Below are positions 21,358-32,410 of a stretch of 64,000 nt of DNA, one piece after another. Within the stretch, counting starts at the first letter, position 1. Each line of letters opens with the position of its first letter. The stretch lies in contig CAVYWT010000003.1 in the NCBI GenBank assembly GCA_963772405.1, positions 24,911 to 88,910 of the forward strand. The letters run 5' to 3'. The notes below the pieces were generated by a model. It was not told the DNA's origin. It saw only the letters and a list, made by a program, of their open reading frames with translations, and made no database searches. The stretch is from an uncultured Acidobacteriota bacterium. Its GTDB lineage: Bacteria > Acidobacteriota > Blastocatellia > Pyrinomonadales > Pyrinomonadaceae. Made by a program: the position numbers and the translations under genes.

Positions 21358-22410
21358 TCAGGAGGTTGGGAATTGTGAGGATGCGAGTTCATTGCGGATT
21401 CGCGAACCTGTGCGGGGATTTTCGGATTTTCGGAATGCGGATCTCGTGTATAAACTCACGATCTTCCGCGGCTTCGCGAACACTCGGCGGATCTTTGGGG
21501 GGTGGTAGATTACGAGATCGCAATTCGCGATTCGAAAATCGAGAATCCCACTTGTCGACCTCAGCTCAAGCAGACTGATCTCCGGCGGGCACTGATATCT
21601 GATGGGGAGGACAACCGTGCCGATGCCGCGAGTGATATAGATCTGCGAATCTTTTCGCTCGTGCAGGCCGCTCGAGAGCTTTCGACGAGGCAGCAGTCTT
21701 TTCTCAGGATCGCGTACCTTGACCTGGCCGCCGTGCGTGTGTCCGCTCAACGTAAGATCGACACCGAATCGCGTGGCTTGTCGAAAGATAAGCGGATTGT
21801 GCGCAAGCAGAAGTTTCATCTCATCCGGGAAAGAACCTCTGAGGGCGGCGGCGAGATCTGTTTTTCCGACCATGTGGTCGTCAACGCCGCACAACCAAAA
21901 TGACGCGTCGCGGGCCTCACAGCGGAAACCTCCATTAACGAGCATGTTGATGCCCGCGTCGCTGAATCTTTTCACGACAAGATCCGGATCGGTCCAGTGA
22001 TCGTGATTGCCAAGACATGCGAACGTTCCGAATTCAGACTTTAGCTTCCCCAATACCCGGGCTACCGGAGCGATGTATTTTTTCTCGTGTGAAACATAGT
22101 CACCCGTGAGGATGAACATGTCAGGCTTTAGGCGGTTAGCGATCTTGATCGTTCGCTCGATATGCACAAGATCCGTGAACGGGCTGTGATGAATATCGGA
22201 AAGGTGGATGATCTTAAATCCATCGAGCTTTTTCGGCAGGCGGTCAAGTTTGATCTCGACCTTCTCGAGCGAGAGGCTGCTCGCCTCGTCCATCGCGTTC
22301 TTTGCGATCTTCGAGACGTTTCCGGCGAATTGCCGAAACGGCTTTTCAGCCGTCACAAGCGAATTGATACGCTCGGAAATGCGTGGTCGTCTTTTTCCGG
22401 CAGTTTTCAT
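21358..22410 (-). CDS. Metallophosphoesterase (calcineurin-like)
   Basis: Motifs IIHLSDIHHS, TGDYV, GNHDHW and GHTHGG. The last ~70 aa look like low-quality read-through. Confidence 0.8.
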   Translation of the reverse strand: MKTAGKRRPRISERINSLVTAEKPFRQFAGNVSKIAKNAMDEASSLSLEKVEIKLDRLPKKLDGFKIIHLSDIHHSPFTDLVHIERTIKIANRLKPDMFILTGDYVSHEKKYIAPVARVLGKLKSEFGTFACLGNHDHWTDPDLVVKRFSDAGINMLVNGGFRCEARDASFWLCGVDDHMVGKTDLAAALRGSFPDEMKLLLAHNPLIFRQATRFGVDLTLSGHTHGGQVKVRDPEKRLLPRRKLSSGLHERKDSQIYITRGIGTVVLPIRYQCPPEISLLELRSTSGILDFRIANCDLVIYHPPKIRRVFAKPRKIVSLYTRSAFRKSENPRTGSRIRNELASSQFPTS

Positions 22411-22512
22411 TTATCTTTCGAATAATTCAGAAAGTTTTGCTACAAATCCTTCCTTGTAGAGACAGAATACCGTCCTCAACAACTAAATACCAGCAGGACA
22501 GGAGGCTCCCAC

Positions 22513-25500
22513 ATGAAGATTTCCCTGCATACCGTAGTGCTTTACGCGACCTTTGTACTTCTTACTTCGTCGCTCGCCGCCGGACAGGATCTGGACGATG
22601 TCACCGTTTCCGGAAGGATCACCGATTCAAATAACCTGCCTATACTTGGTGCCGTAGTAACTGCGACGCACATCCAGTCAAATTCAGAGCGCGCGGTGAT
22701 CTCCGGCGAGGATGGGTATCGTTTCATCGATCTCAAACCCGGTACGTACAAAATAAAAGCCGGTGCGGCCGGCTTCGGTATCAGGGAAACGGTTGGAATC
22801 GAAATACTCTCCGGCCAGAACGTGCGGCTCGATTTCAGGCTCTCACCCGCGGAGGTTACCGCCGCGACGACGGTTTCGATCACCGACGACGACATTCCCG
22901 AGGTGGACACAACGCGGATCGTCGTCGGCGGAACGCTTTCTCAACGCGAGATCGAAGAACTGCCAAATAACTCGCGGAACCCGCTGGATCTCGTGCTGAC
23001 GCTCGGCGGGACGTCGGAAGAACAGCTTTCGACGAGCGGCATGGCCGAAGACCGATTTCAGTCGCCGCCGACCGCACCATTGGAACAGGGAAACTTCTCT
23101 CTGTCGGGCGGTGTCGCGTATTCCAATAATCTGACGATCGACGGTCTCGACAATAATGACGACCGGTCGTCGCAAGACAGATTTCGGCCGTCCCTCGAAG
23201 CGATCGAGGAGGTCCAGGTTATTTCGAACCAATTCTCATCCGAATACGGACGAGCGTCCGGCGGCCGGATCAATCTCCGAACGCGGGCCGGTTCGAATCA
23301 TTTTCGCGGTCGCCTGTTTATGTTTTTTCGCGACAATAACTTGAATGCGAATAGTTGGTATAACAACAGCCGTACGCCCGCCGTCGGCCGAACGCCCCTG
23401 ACCGAATACAACCCGGGTTTTACGTTGGGCGGACCGGTTCGGGTGCCGTTCTACAACGGAAGGAACAGGACCTTTTTCTCCGTCGCGTATGAACACAACA
23501 ATCTTGTCGATACGACATTCATAGACACTTGGGTGCCGGTCGGCGTGAATCCGCACTTTAGTCTCCCGGCGCCGACGACCGCGACATGTCCGCCGACTAT
23601 TGCCTCCTGCAATGACTCGAGCAGTTCTCCGCCAACGCCGATTCTTCCATACCAAGCCGCTCTGGACACGCCCAACGTCAATCATTCCTTTACAGCCCGG
23701 GTTGATCATAATTTCTCACAGGCGAACAGCTTCACGTTCGGCCTGCAATTCGGTCGCAGGCACAATCGGCGAACCACCTCTGCATCGACGACCAGGCTGG
23801 ACGACGCGCTTCAGGTTCGGAACACTGCGTCCGAGGCCTACAACTTTACGGACAATCACGTTTTCGGCGGCGAAAAGCGTAAACCAGATTCGCGCGCCAG
23901 TATTCGATCTACCACCCGAGTTTTCAGACGAGTGATCCGTTTGGCCCGGTCGTGTTGATCGGATATACAAATCCGGCCGGTGGTGCTCAAACATTGGTAG
24001 CGGGAAATTCGACGGCGGCGATCGCCGGTGACGCGACGGGCTTTCCGCAGAATCGGCGGGAGACGCGCATGCAGGTTCAGGACTCGTTCAGTTACGTCGC
24101 GGGCAGCCACACCATGAAGACGGGATTCGATGTCATGAAGGTTAGGTCGAAAGCGATCGGGCTCGGGGACGCAACAGGTACCTTTAATTTTAGCGGGGTA
24201 TTGAATTTCCAGAATAACGTTCTGTCGCGCTACCGGCAGAATTTCGGCACTGCTTCGGACGTCACGAATAGCTATATCGGGCTGTTTCTCAACGACACGA
24301 TCAGTTTTCGAAGAGATCTGACGATCAGCTTCGGGCTTCGCTACGAACGAGAAACCGCCGTCGAAGACAAGAATAATTGGGGCCCGCGATTCGGATTCGC
24401 GTGGGATCCGTTTAAGAACGGGAAAGGCGTCGTTCGTTTTGGCGCCGGTATTTTTTACAACCGAGTGCTTCTCCGCACCGTCGCAGATTCGATCCAGAAC
24501 ACAGGTGGGAATCAAGTCTCGTTCGATACAAATCTAATTCCCGCTCGTTGCGACGGACAACCGCCGGCGCGACGTGCTTGCGGCGATCGCAGCAAACTTT
24601 CCGGGGGCGTTCGCGTCCGTCGATGCCATCAGGAATCTTCTGGCAGCCGTCTGCCCAAACGTGACGCCGGCACCGCCCGCTCCGTGCACGACCGATCTCG
24701 GCTTTCTCTCCAGTGTGACAAGCAGCGGGAACCCGCTCAGAACGGTCGACCGAGATCTGAGAATTCCTGAAAGCTATCAATTCAACATCGGATTCGAACG
24801 CGAAGTTCGAAGGGGATGGGTTTTCGAAGCTAATTACACGTGGAACAAGACCGCTCACCTGTGGCGCGACCGAAACGGGAATGCGCCTCGGTTGCCATCG
24901 GGCTACGCTGACTGGACGGCGTGGCTCGTCGATCATCCATTCGTATTGTCACCGACTCGCATGTATACATTTTTTCGAGGATCGGCGAGCGACACTAACG
25001 GCCTGCATGCAAATTCTCCAGCGAGCACGACGATCTGCAGCGTCACGACAGCAAATTGTTTTGTGAATCTCAACACGACGAGTGGCTCAACCACCGCCCC
25101 ACTGGTCGCCGTGCCGGGGACAAATAACAATGCGACCGGCGGTCCGATCGGTATTCCGCTGGCCGCGATCAGCCATCTCAGGCCAGATCCGACCCTTAAA
25201 GAAACATCGATCATAGGGTCGGCTGGAAACGCATTTTATCAGGGCTTGGTCTTACAGCTTCGAACCAGGCATCGGAAACTCGGGCTGGGGTTCGGGTCAT
25301 CGTTTCGGTTCAACTACACGCTTTCGAAATCAATGGACGACGGGCTAAACAATACTTCGAACGCGGAGATCAACGGAGATTTTCGCCGCGAATGGGCGCG
25401 GACTTTGCAGGACCGCAGACATCGTGTCGCTTTCTCGGGCATATTCGAAACGCCTTGGTGGCTGGGACGACTGAGGCTCGCGCCGCTCTATCGTTGGGGC

Positions 25501-25953
25501 AGTGGCTCGCCGTTCAATATCGGGGACGGCGGATCCGACAGAAACCTTGACGATCTTGGCACGGATCGGATCAATTACAGCGGCGATCTACGACAGTTAC
25601 GCTGGCGGCGGCCGGGTTCGACTATTCCGACGGACGAATACCTCGGCCAATTTTCGCTTGCTCCGATCGGCGCAAGAGGCGGGAATCTTCCGCGTAATGC
25701 AGGGTCTGGCCCATCTTTTTATACTTTCGACTTGAGCGTAACCCGGGAGTGGAAATTCGGTGATCGCGTGAAGCTGCGTCCGGTCGTTCAATTTGACAAC
25801 ATCTTGAACGCGGCCGTTTTTAATTATGGGGCCGCATTCATCGACTTCAGTAACCTGACGCTTTCTAATTCCGCCACAAAAGCGAATTTTTTGGTGCCGA
25901 CGCGCACCTATCGCCAGCGGCAGATACGGATTGGGACGCGACTAGACTTCTAG
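22513..25953 (+). pseudogene. TonB-dependent-receptor-like outer-membrane protein with an N-terminal carboxypeptidase-regulatory-like domain, about 3 frameshifts
   Basis: Signal peptide, then the CarboxypepD_reg-like segment VSGRITDSNNLPILGAVV..PGTYKIKAGAAGF, a plug-like region, and long beta-barrel-type sequence ending in ..RIGTRLDF. Three ORFs (22513..23958, 23952..24770, 24574..25953) join through frame changes near 23870, 23895 and 24545. Confidence 0.75.
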
Positions 25954-25976
25954 AATGCCGAATACCCCTGTAATTA

Positions 25977-26006
25977 CCGGCGTTGCTCGCGGGCGCCGGC
26001 TTTTTT
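25977..26006 (+). terminator. Candidate rho-independent terminator after the OMP gene
   Basis: GC stem ccggcg...cgccgg followed by cTTTTTT. Confidence 0.45.
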
Positions 26007-26094
26007 AACGGCGGCCAGTCGGGAAAATTTTGCTGACGAACAGAGTCGAATGTGATAGTTTAGTACTTGTTGAACACCATTGTTCACGCCGCCT

Positions 26095-26850
26095 ATGAGC
26101 CACGTAAAAGAGAGCACAGGCGTGCTCACCGAAGTTTCAATCGAGTCGGTCCTTCTCGACGCCGATCTATTCGTAAAATACAGTTCACCGGACAAGGCTT
26201 TTAAGCTGCTCCATGATTCGCTTGAACGAAGTCCGCGGTCGATCGCCTTCCGCGAGAAACTCCGCGACATCTGCATCAAGCAAAAGAACCTGAACGAAGC
26301 GGCTCGTCAGTGTCTCGCGCTGGTAAGTCTTTATATCGGCCGGGAAGAGTTCGATCTGGCATACGATCGCCTGCAGGAAGCGAAGCTGCTCGACCCGCGT
26401 GTTTCTGTGGCACCCGGCCTGGAAGCGATCCGCCGAGCACGCCGCCCCGACTTTGCCGTCAATCGCGATCGTTCTCCGCAGAAGGTTCGGACTGACGTGA
26501 CGTTCGCCGGCAACCTTGGCTACGTCAGCATCTTTGACGCGGTTCAGGTCATCGAAAGCTCGAAAATGACGGGCCTGCTGGTCGTTAAATCGGATCTCCA
26601 TCTGGCTAACGTTTCATTTAATGAAGGAAAGATCGTCGATGCGGAATGCAACGGTCATAATGGGCACCATGCGTTCCGCGAAGTGATCGAGATCAACAGC
26701 GGTACGTTCGAGTTTTCGACTTCGGAAAACGAGTTTCCGGTCGTTCTTAACGTTGTCAGCAATACAAACTTTCTGCTCGACGTCCTAACCGAGCTCGACA
26801 ACGAGCGCGCCGAGAAACAGGGTCTTCGAAATGTCGGTTCGGAGCTGTAG
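26095..26850 (+). CDS. TPR-like N-terminal region plus a DUF4388-like domain protein
   Basis: The C-terminal half (GNLGYVSIFDAVQVIESSKMTGLLVVKSD..ANVSFNEGKIVDAEC..GHHAFREVIEINSGTFEFS) fits the DUF4388 pattern. ATG 26095 is preferred over the TTG at 26080. Confidence 0.6.
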   Translation: MSHVKESTGVLTEVSIESVLLDADLFVKYSSPDKAFKLLHDSLERSPRSIAFREKLRDICIKQKNLNEAARQCLALVSLYIGREEFDLAYDRLQEAKLLDPRVSVAPGLEAIRRARRPDFAVNRDRSPQKVRTDVTFAGNLGYVSIFDAVQVIESSKMTGLLVVKSDLHLANVSFNEGKIVDAECNGHNGHHAFREVIEINSGTFEFSTSENEFPVVLNVVSNTNFLLDVLTELDNERAEKQGLRNVGSEL

Positions 26851-26936
26851 TCAGAAGTCAGAAGTCAGAAGTCGGAAGTCAGATTCTCTCCGAAAACTGC
26901 TGAATTCTGCCTTCTGCCTTCTGACTTCTTTTTCTT
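26849..26936. repeat. Tandem heptamer array D (GTCAGAA x ~5) with an inverted arm (TTCTGCC/TTCTGAC) and a T-run; terminator-like
   Basis: gaagtcagaagtcagaagtcggaagtcaga .. loop .. ttctgccttctgccttctgacttc followed by TTTTTC. It begins at the stop codon of the upstream gene. Confidence 0.85.
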
Positions 26937-26995
26937 GACTTAACATTCTCTTTACCCCAAAATATAGTGCACCTCGAGTTCCCCAGCACTATAGA

Positions 26996-29900
26996 ATGTT
27001 TAAGCTTCAACGTTTAGAAATCACCGGTTTCAAGTCGTTCGCGGACTATACCGAGATCGTGTTCACCGGCAACGGTATTACGGCCGTCGTTGGCCCCAAC
27101 GGCTGCGGCAAGTCGAACGTATCCGACGCCATCTCATGGGTCCTTGGCGAACAGCGGGCCAAGTCGCTCCGCGGAGGCGAAATGAAGGACGTCGTCTTTC
27201 AGGGTTCGCGAAACCGCAAACCCGGCGGGATGGCTGAAGTTGTCCTCCACCTCGTTCGTGACACAGAGGCGTTCGACATCGACGAGAACGAACTCGAAGA
27301 CATCGATGAAACACTCAGCGCACTGGACGAGACGGCGGTTGATGTCGATGCTCTCGAAGCTGAAACCTTAGACGCGGAAACACTCGAGGTTATGACGCTT
27401 CCGGCCGACGCCGAAGAGATTCGCGATCCTCAATCCGCGATCCACATCGGAGATGAGTTTGAGGTCGAGAAAGTGCAGGCGGCGCAGGTCGGATCCGTCC
27501 AGACTGTCGAGCGAACGATAAAAACAAAACGTCACTGGCGTCCGCGTTCGTTCGCGCTCGACTTTGCCCCCGGCGAGGCTATCGCGGTAACACGACGGCT
27601 CTACTTGTCGGGTGAAAGCGAATATCAGCTCAATGGCAAAACTTGCCGGCTGCGCGATATTCAGGACCTCTTTGCTGGTACTGGTTTGTCGGGCGCGCAT
27701 TACGCGATCATCGAACAAGGCCGGATCGGGCAGATCCTTTCGGCAAAGCCGTCGGACCGCAGAAATCTGATCGAGGAAGCGGCAGGAATATCCAAGTTCC
27801 GTACTCGGCAGCGTGCCGCGGAAACGCGTCTTGATTCGGCGCGGACAAATCTCGGACGCATTTCGGATATCGTTTCCGAGATCGAGAAGCATGCCAACTC
27901 GCTGCGGCGACAGGCGTCAAAGACACGCCGCTACATCGTACTTCAGGAAGAATTTCGTGTTCTGCTTCGACAGCTTTTCGCCGCCGAAGGAAAATTCCTC
28001 TCTTCTGCAATTGAGAATTTTGAGAAGCAGCTGGCCGAAGCAGTCGAAGTCGAAAGGGGATTTGCGGCGAAGGTTGCGGCCCAGGAAGAAGCGTTTCGCG
28101 ACGCCACTCAGCGTGCTCGTTTTGTGGAAGAAACGCTCGCCGAGATCCGACACCGCCATGCCGAGAACGCGCTCGAACGCGACCGCGCCGAACGCGAGCA
28201 TCGCTATCAGGCAGAACAGATCGTCAATCTGAACAATCGCTCGGAATCCGTCCGTGGTGAGATCGATGCGGTTGAGCAGCGCTTGAAACTGATCGAATCC
28301 GAACTCGCTCGACTGCACAAAGAAGACGAAGCGGAAAGTGCCGAGGCTGATGCGTCCCGCCTCATCCTACAGGAAGCAGAAAAGCAGTATGCATTAAAGC
28401 TCGACGATGTGCAGAAGATCGAAGAAGAACTCGAAACGCATCGCACCGAGCTGATGAAGCACACCGCCGCCCTCGAAAGGTTTGACGAGATAGCACGACA
28501 GCTCGACGCAAACGCAGAGCGGCTGAACGAACGGCTGCAAGGACTCGAGCGTGAGGAGGTTCGCGCCGCCGAGGCGTTCGATGCGTTTGTAAAAGAATCT
28601 TCCGACCTCGAATCGAACCAGAAAAACGAAGCGCTGAAACTTGAATCGCTTCAGGCGGAAAAGGTGGAATTGCTTTCCGCGACCGCTGCGGCCCGGGAAA
28701 AACTGCGTGCGTCCGAAGAGTCGCTTCGGAACCTGGAAGCCGAGCAGCTAAAAACGAGTAACCGGCGCGACACGCTTCTCGAACTGGATGAGAAACGGGC
28801 GGTCTACGCGCCGCAGATCCAGAAACTTTTTGCCGAACAGGAGAACATCGGTGTTCGTCTGTCGGGCGTTCTCGCGGATTTTCTTTCCGCGGATGAGAGA
28901 GCGGAACTCGCTATCGAGAGTTTGTTCGGACAGCGGCTGCAGACGGTCCTGGTCGAAAGCGTTGACGATGCGAAAATGGTTTCGGCGTGGCTTGAGAACA
29001 ATGCGATAGGACGCATCACTATCCTCGCGGCCCCGTCGCTTCAAGGGCGAAATACGAGATCGTCGCCGTCGGGTGAGTTTGTCCGCGACGTGCTTGGTGT
29101 CTCGGGTGACCTTCTGGAAACATTGCAAAACGCGTTTCCCCGCGAATTATCCGCCAGGTTGATCGAGAGCATCGGCGATGTCGAGCCAAACACCGGCGAA
29201 ATTTGTGTCACTCGCGGCGGCACCGTGATCAGCCGCGAAGGATTGTTTGTCAGCGGACGCGAAGCGGCCGATGACCGGCCAAATGCTTCGCTTCTCGCTT
29301 TCAAGCGCGAGCTGACCGGACTCGGAACGACGCTCGCCGCGCTCGGTGATGAAATTTCGATCGCGCGTTCGATCGCCGAAGAAGACGGACGATCACTCGC
29401 ATCCATCGAAGAGAAAACCGTCGATCTCCAGTCGCTCATCATTAAGGTCGAGCGAGGCTTGCACGGACTCGATATTCAGCGCTCTACAACCCGCCAGGAG
29501 ATCGAGCGGGCCGAGCGACACAAGAAAGTCGTCGCCGAAGAACAGAAACAGACACGTGAAGAGCTTGAGCAAAACACTGTGCGTATCACCGAAGCGGCGG
29601 AGAATCGCCGGACGGCCGAACAGTATCGCGACAGTGCGCGGAGTGAGGTTGAGCGTGTCAACACGCTTCTTGCGGAGGCCCGGTCAAGATCCGACGCCGA
29701 AAATTCGGTCGTCAACGAAAAGCGGACACTGGCCGCAACTTCCGGAGAACGTCGCCGCTCAGTGCATTCTGCACTAAAGCGCGTCGAGAATGAGCAGAAG
29801 GAACTCGAAACACGATCGGCGATGCAGACGGTCGAGTTGAGCGAGATAGATATTAAGATCGCCAGTTTGCGCGAATCGACCGCGGCGATCGCAGACCGGA

Positions 29901-30823
29901 TCGCGGCGACTGAAGTTGAAAAAGCAGCGGAGATCGAAGAGCTGACGGCCGCCATCGCGGAGGTAACGTCTGCACGCGAAGCGGCCGACACGATGAGCGT
30001 TGAATTGGCCGATCTAAATCATCGTTCGGCGGACGCCTTGAACGAGCGTGCGGCGATCGAGGTTCGTCAGGCCGAAGCAGTCACTCAACTCAAGAACGTC
30101 AATGAAAAATGCGTCCAGGAACTGAACACTCCACTCGCGACGCTGATCGAAACCGAAGCGCTCGATGAGGAATTTGAGTTGGAATCGTGCCGCAATACAG
30201 TGGACGATCTTCGCAACCGTCTCGAAGGTTTCGGCGCGATCAACATGCTTGCGGTCGACGAACTCGCAGAGGCCGAAGAGCGTCTGTTGTTTCTCACCTC
30301 GCAGCGACAGGATATTATCGACAGCATTGCTTCGGCTGAAGAAGCTCTTCGCGAGATCAAAGAACGATCACGCGCCCGTTTCCGCGACGCGTTCGAAGCC
30401 ATCAACGCAAATTTCATCGAGTTTTTCCGCGAGCTGTTTGGCGGAGGAAAGGGTGAGATGACGCTTCTCGAAAATGACGACATCCTTGAGGCGGGGATCG
30501 AAGTCGTCGCCCAGCCTCCGGGTAAACGGCTTCAAAATATTCTTCTGCTTTCCGGCGGCGAAAAAGCGATGACGGCGATCGCACTCGTGATGTCGATCTT
30601 CAAATATCGCCCGTCTCCGTTCTGCCTCCTGGACGAGGTCGACGCCCCGCTCGACGACGCAAACGTTGGCCGCTTTGTCGCGAAGATCGCCGATATGGCC
30701 GAGAAGACACAGTTCATCGTGATCACGCATAACAAACGGACGATGGAAGCCGCTCGCGCTCTCTACGGAGTGACGATGCAGGAAGTTGGCGTCTCGAAGG
30801 TGGTGTCGGTGAAGTTTGAATAG
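26996..30823 (+). CDS. smc: Chromosome segregation protein SMC
   Basis: 1275 aa with Walker A GPNGCGKSN, long coiled coils, a hinge, the signature LSGGEKA and Walker B FCLLDEVDAPLD. Confidence 0.95.
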   Translation: MFKLQRLEITGFKSFADYTEIVFTGNGITAVVGPNGCGKSNVSDAISWVLGEQRAKSLRGGEMKDVVFQGSRNRKPGGMAEVVLHLVRDTEAFDIDENELEDIDETLSALDETAVDVDALEAETLDAETLEVMTLPADAEEIRDPQSAIHIGDEFEVEKVQAAQVGSVQTVERTIKTKRHWRPRSFALDFAPGEAIAVTRRLYLSGESEYQLNGKTCRLRDIQDLFAGTGLSGAHYAIIEQGRIGQILSAKPSDRRNLIEEAAGISKFRTRQRAAETRLDSARTNLGRISDIVSEIEKHANSLRRQASKTRRYIVLQEEFRVLLRQLFAAEGKFLSSAIENFEKQLAEAVEVERGFAAKVAAQEEAFRDATQRARFVEETLAEIRHRHAENALERDRAEREHRYQAEQIVNLNNRSESVRGEIDAVEQRLKLIESELARLHKEDEAESAEADASRLILQEAEKQYALKLDDVQKIEEELETHRTELMKHTAALERFDEIARQLDANAERLNERLQGLEREEVRAAEAFDAFVKESSDLESNQKNEALKLESLQAEKVELLSATAAAREKLRASEESLRNLEAEQLKTSNRRDTLLELDEKRAVYAPQIQKLFAEQENIGVRLSGVLADFLSADERAELAIESLFGQRLQTVLVESVDDAKMVSAWLENNAIGRITILAAPSLQGRNTRSSPSGEFVRDVLGVSGDLLETLQNAFPRELSARLIESIGDVEPNTGEICVTRGGTVISREGLFVSGREAADDRPNASLLAFKRELTGLGTTLAALGDEISIARSIAEEDGRSLASIEEKTVDLQSLIIKVERGLHGLDIQRSTTRQEIERAERHKKVVAEEQKQTREELEQNTVRITEAAENRRTAEQYRDSARSEVERVNTLLAEARSRSDAENSVVNEKRTLAATSGERRRSVHSALKRVENEQKELETRSAMQTVELSEIDIKIASLRESTAAIADRIAATEVEKAAEIEELTAAIAEVTSAREAADTMSVELADLNHRSADALNERAAIEVRQAEAVTQLKNVNEKCVQELNTPLATLIETEALDEEFELESCRNTVDDLRNRLEGFGAINMLAVDELAEAEERLLFLTSQRQDIIDSIASAEEALREIKERSRARFRDAFEAINANFIEFFRELFGGGKGEMTLLENDDILEAGIEVVAQPPGKRLQNILLLSGGEKAMTAIALVMSIFKYRPSPFCLLDEVDAPLDDANVGRFVAKIADMAEKTQFIVITHNKRTMEAARALYGVTMQEVGVSKVVSVKFE

Positions 30824-30825
30824 TA

Positions 30826-31056
30826 ACTGTGAGCTGTGAACTGTGAGCTATGAACTATGAGCTATGAGCTATGAGCTATGAGCTATGAGCTATGAGCTAT
30901 GAACTATGAGCTATGAACTATGAACTATGAACTATGAACTATGAACTATAAGCTATGAGCTATGAGCTATGAACTATGAACTACCCTTTCACATTTCATA
31001 GTTCACAGTTCACAGTTCATAGTTCACAGTTCATAGTTCGAAGTTCACAGCTCACA
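30826..31056. repeat. Tandem heptamer array E: about 22 x ATGAACT/ATGAGCT/GTGAGCT/GTGAACT, a 14-nt loop, then about 8 inverted units (ATAGTTC/ACAGTTC)
   Basis: The periodicity and inverted arm can be read directly. It starts 3 nt after the smc stop. Confidence 0.95.
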
Positions 31057-31120
31057 CCTGACTACAAACCCCTCCGCGATTTGCGTCATCAAACCCCCGG
31101 GATAGATAATCCACCCATTC

Positions 31121-31942
31121 ATGCGTATTCATAGATCTATCGTTGCTCTCTTGGCCGCCGTCCTTTTGGCGTCCGCAGGTTTGGCGCAGACCAAACGACG
31201 AACACGGCCGCTCGTGAAAAAGCCAGTCATCACAGTAGCCGAACCAACACCGAGCCCTTCTCCAGCCGAGCCGAGCGCCATAAAGCCCGAACCGAAAAAG
31301 AACGAGAGACCGGCACCTAACGGAAGCACCCACAGAGCAGAGGATCCGCGTCCCAAAATTGAGCCCGTATATTTCTACGAATTCTCGCAGCCCGATTTCA
31401 TGATCAGCAAGATCGTGATCGAGCATGACGAGACGGGACGCGGAACCATCACGTTCACTAAAAAGTTGTTCGGGGACACGGTGACCGATCCGCTTCAAGT
31501 CTCGACGGCAGCTCTAGAGCGCATCAATGCGACGTATGCCGCGCTGAACTTCCTCGAGTCAAACGAAAGTTATCAATACGAAAAAGACTATTCGCATCTT
31601 GGCGTATCGACCTTCAGGCTGAAGAAAGGCGATAGACCGCGTACGACCGTTTTTAACTACACCGTAAATAAGGACGCGAAAGTTCTCGCCGATGAATACC
31701 GCAAACTCGGAAATCAGTTCATCTGGATTTTCGACATAACGGTCGCCCGCGAAAATCAGCCGCTCGAAACACCGAGACTTCTCGATGCGTTCGACGGGCT
31801 GTTGAAGCGCAATGAGATCTCCGATCCATCACAACTACTGCCTATTTTGAAAGACATGAAGGACGACGAACGTATCCCTCTGATCTCGAGGAATCACGCC
31901 GGGAAGTTGGTGGAGAGAATCGAGAAGGGAACGAGGAAGTAG
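31121..31942 (+). CDS. Secreted hypothetical protein
   Basis: 273-aa ORF with a signal peptide (IVALLAAVLLASAGLAQ) and a Pro-rich linker. I recognise no family. Confidence 0.6.
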   Translation: MRIHRSIVALLAAVLLASAGLAQTKRRTRPLVKKPVITVAEPTPSPSPAEPSAIKPEPKKNERPAPNGSTHRAEDPRPKIEPVYFYEFSQPDFMISKIVIEHDETGRGTITFTKKLFGDTVTDPLQVSTAALERINATYAALNFLESNESYQYEKDYSHLGVSTFRLKKGDRPRTTVFNYTVNKDAKVLADEYRKLGNQFIWIFDITVARENQPLETPRLLDAFDGLLKRNEISDPSQLLPILKDMKDDERIPLISRNHAGKLVERIEKGTRK

Positions 31943-32019
31943 TTTCTGGTTCCTTGTTTCTAGTTTCGCTTTGAGCCCGGAGGACGACGACTAGGAACCA
32001 GGAACCAGAAACGAGAAAC
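31942..32019. repeat. Short fold-back element F of GAAACYA/GGAACCA-type units
   Basis: gtttctggttccttgtttctagtttc .. 23-nt loop .. ctaggaaccaggaaccagaaacgagaaacta. It lies between convergent stops at 31942 and 32019. Confidence 0.8.
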
Positions 32020-32387
32020 TATTTTAACGAATGCAAGCCGAACATAGTCCCCTCCGTGTCATACACCAAAGAGATAAATCCGTACTCCCCGATCGAGAAC
32101 TTCGTTTTTTCAATTCGTCCACCGGCGCCGACGACCCTTGACTCTTCGGCTGCGCAATCTTCGCAGCTGAAATAGATCAGGACGCTGTTTTGGCCGGCCG
32201 GAAAGCCCGGCATGTGTACGAGTGAGCCAGCTGAGCCGGCGGCATTGGAATCCATCGGAAAATTCCACATCTCGACGTCCGGGCCCGGTAGCTTTTCGAG
32301 CTTTACCTGCAGAACTGCCTCATAAAAGGCCCGTGCACGTTCCATGTCATCAACATAGATCTCAAACCATCCAACGGGATTTCGCAT
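32019..32387 (-). CDS. VOC (glyoxalase/bleomycin-resistance) family protein
   Basis: 122 aa. The N-terminal GWFEIYVDDMERARAFYEAVL is typical of single-domain VOC proteins. Confidence 0.75.
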   Translation of the reverse strand: MRNPVGWFEIYVDDMERARAFYEAVLQVKLEKLPGPDVEMWNFPMDSNAAGSAGSLVHMPGFPAGQNSVLIYFSCEDCAAEESRVVGAGGRIEKTKFSIGEYGFISLVYDTEGTMFGLHSLK

Positions 32388-32410
32388 GATAATACCTCCA
32401 GATCGTAGCT

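Noticed and set aside
21358-21580. C-terminal ~70 aa of the metallophosphoesterase ORF and the overlapping ORF 20790..21392, as possible extra genes
   Set aside because: The sequence is low in complexity and Arg/Ser-rich, and it overlaps the pgsA-like N-terminal region. Read-through, or an indel at the pgsA start, is more likely than additional coding genes.
26963-26993. 8-bp inverted repeat tatagtgc/gcactata just upstream of the smc ATG, as a possible regulatory hairpin or promoter
   Set aside because: The stem is short. The nearby TTGACT/TATAGT hexamers are 22 nt apart, which is poor promoter spacing. The evidence is not strong enough to report as a feature.
30826-31056. Tandem arrays as possible CRISPR loci
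   Set aside because: The units are 7-8 nt and contiguous with no spacers. No cas genes are nearby. The architecture is array plus inverted array, not repeat-spacer.
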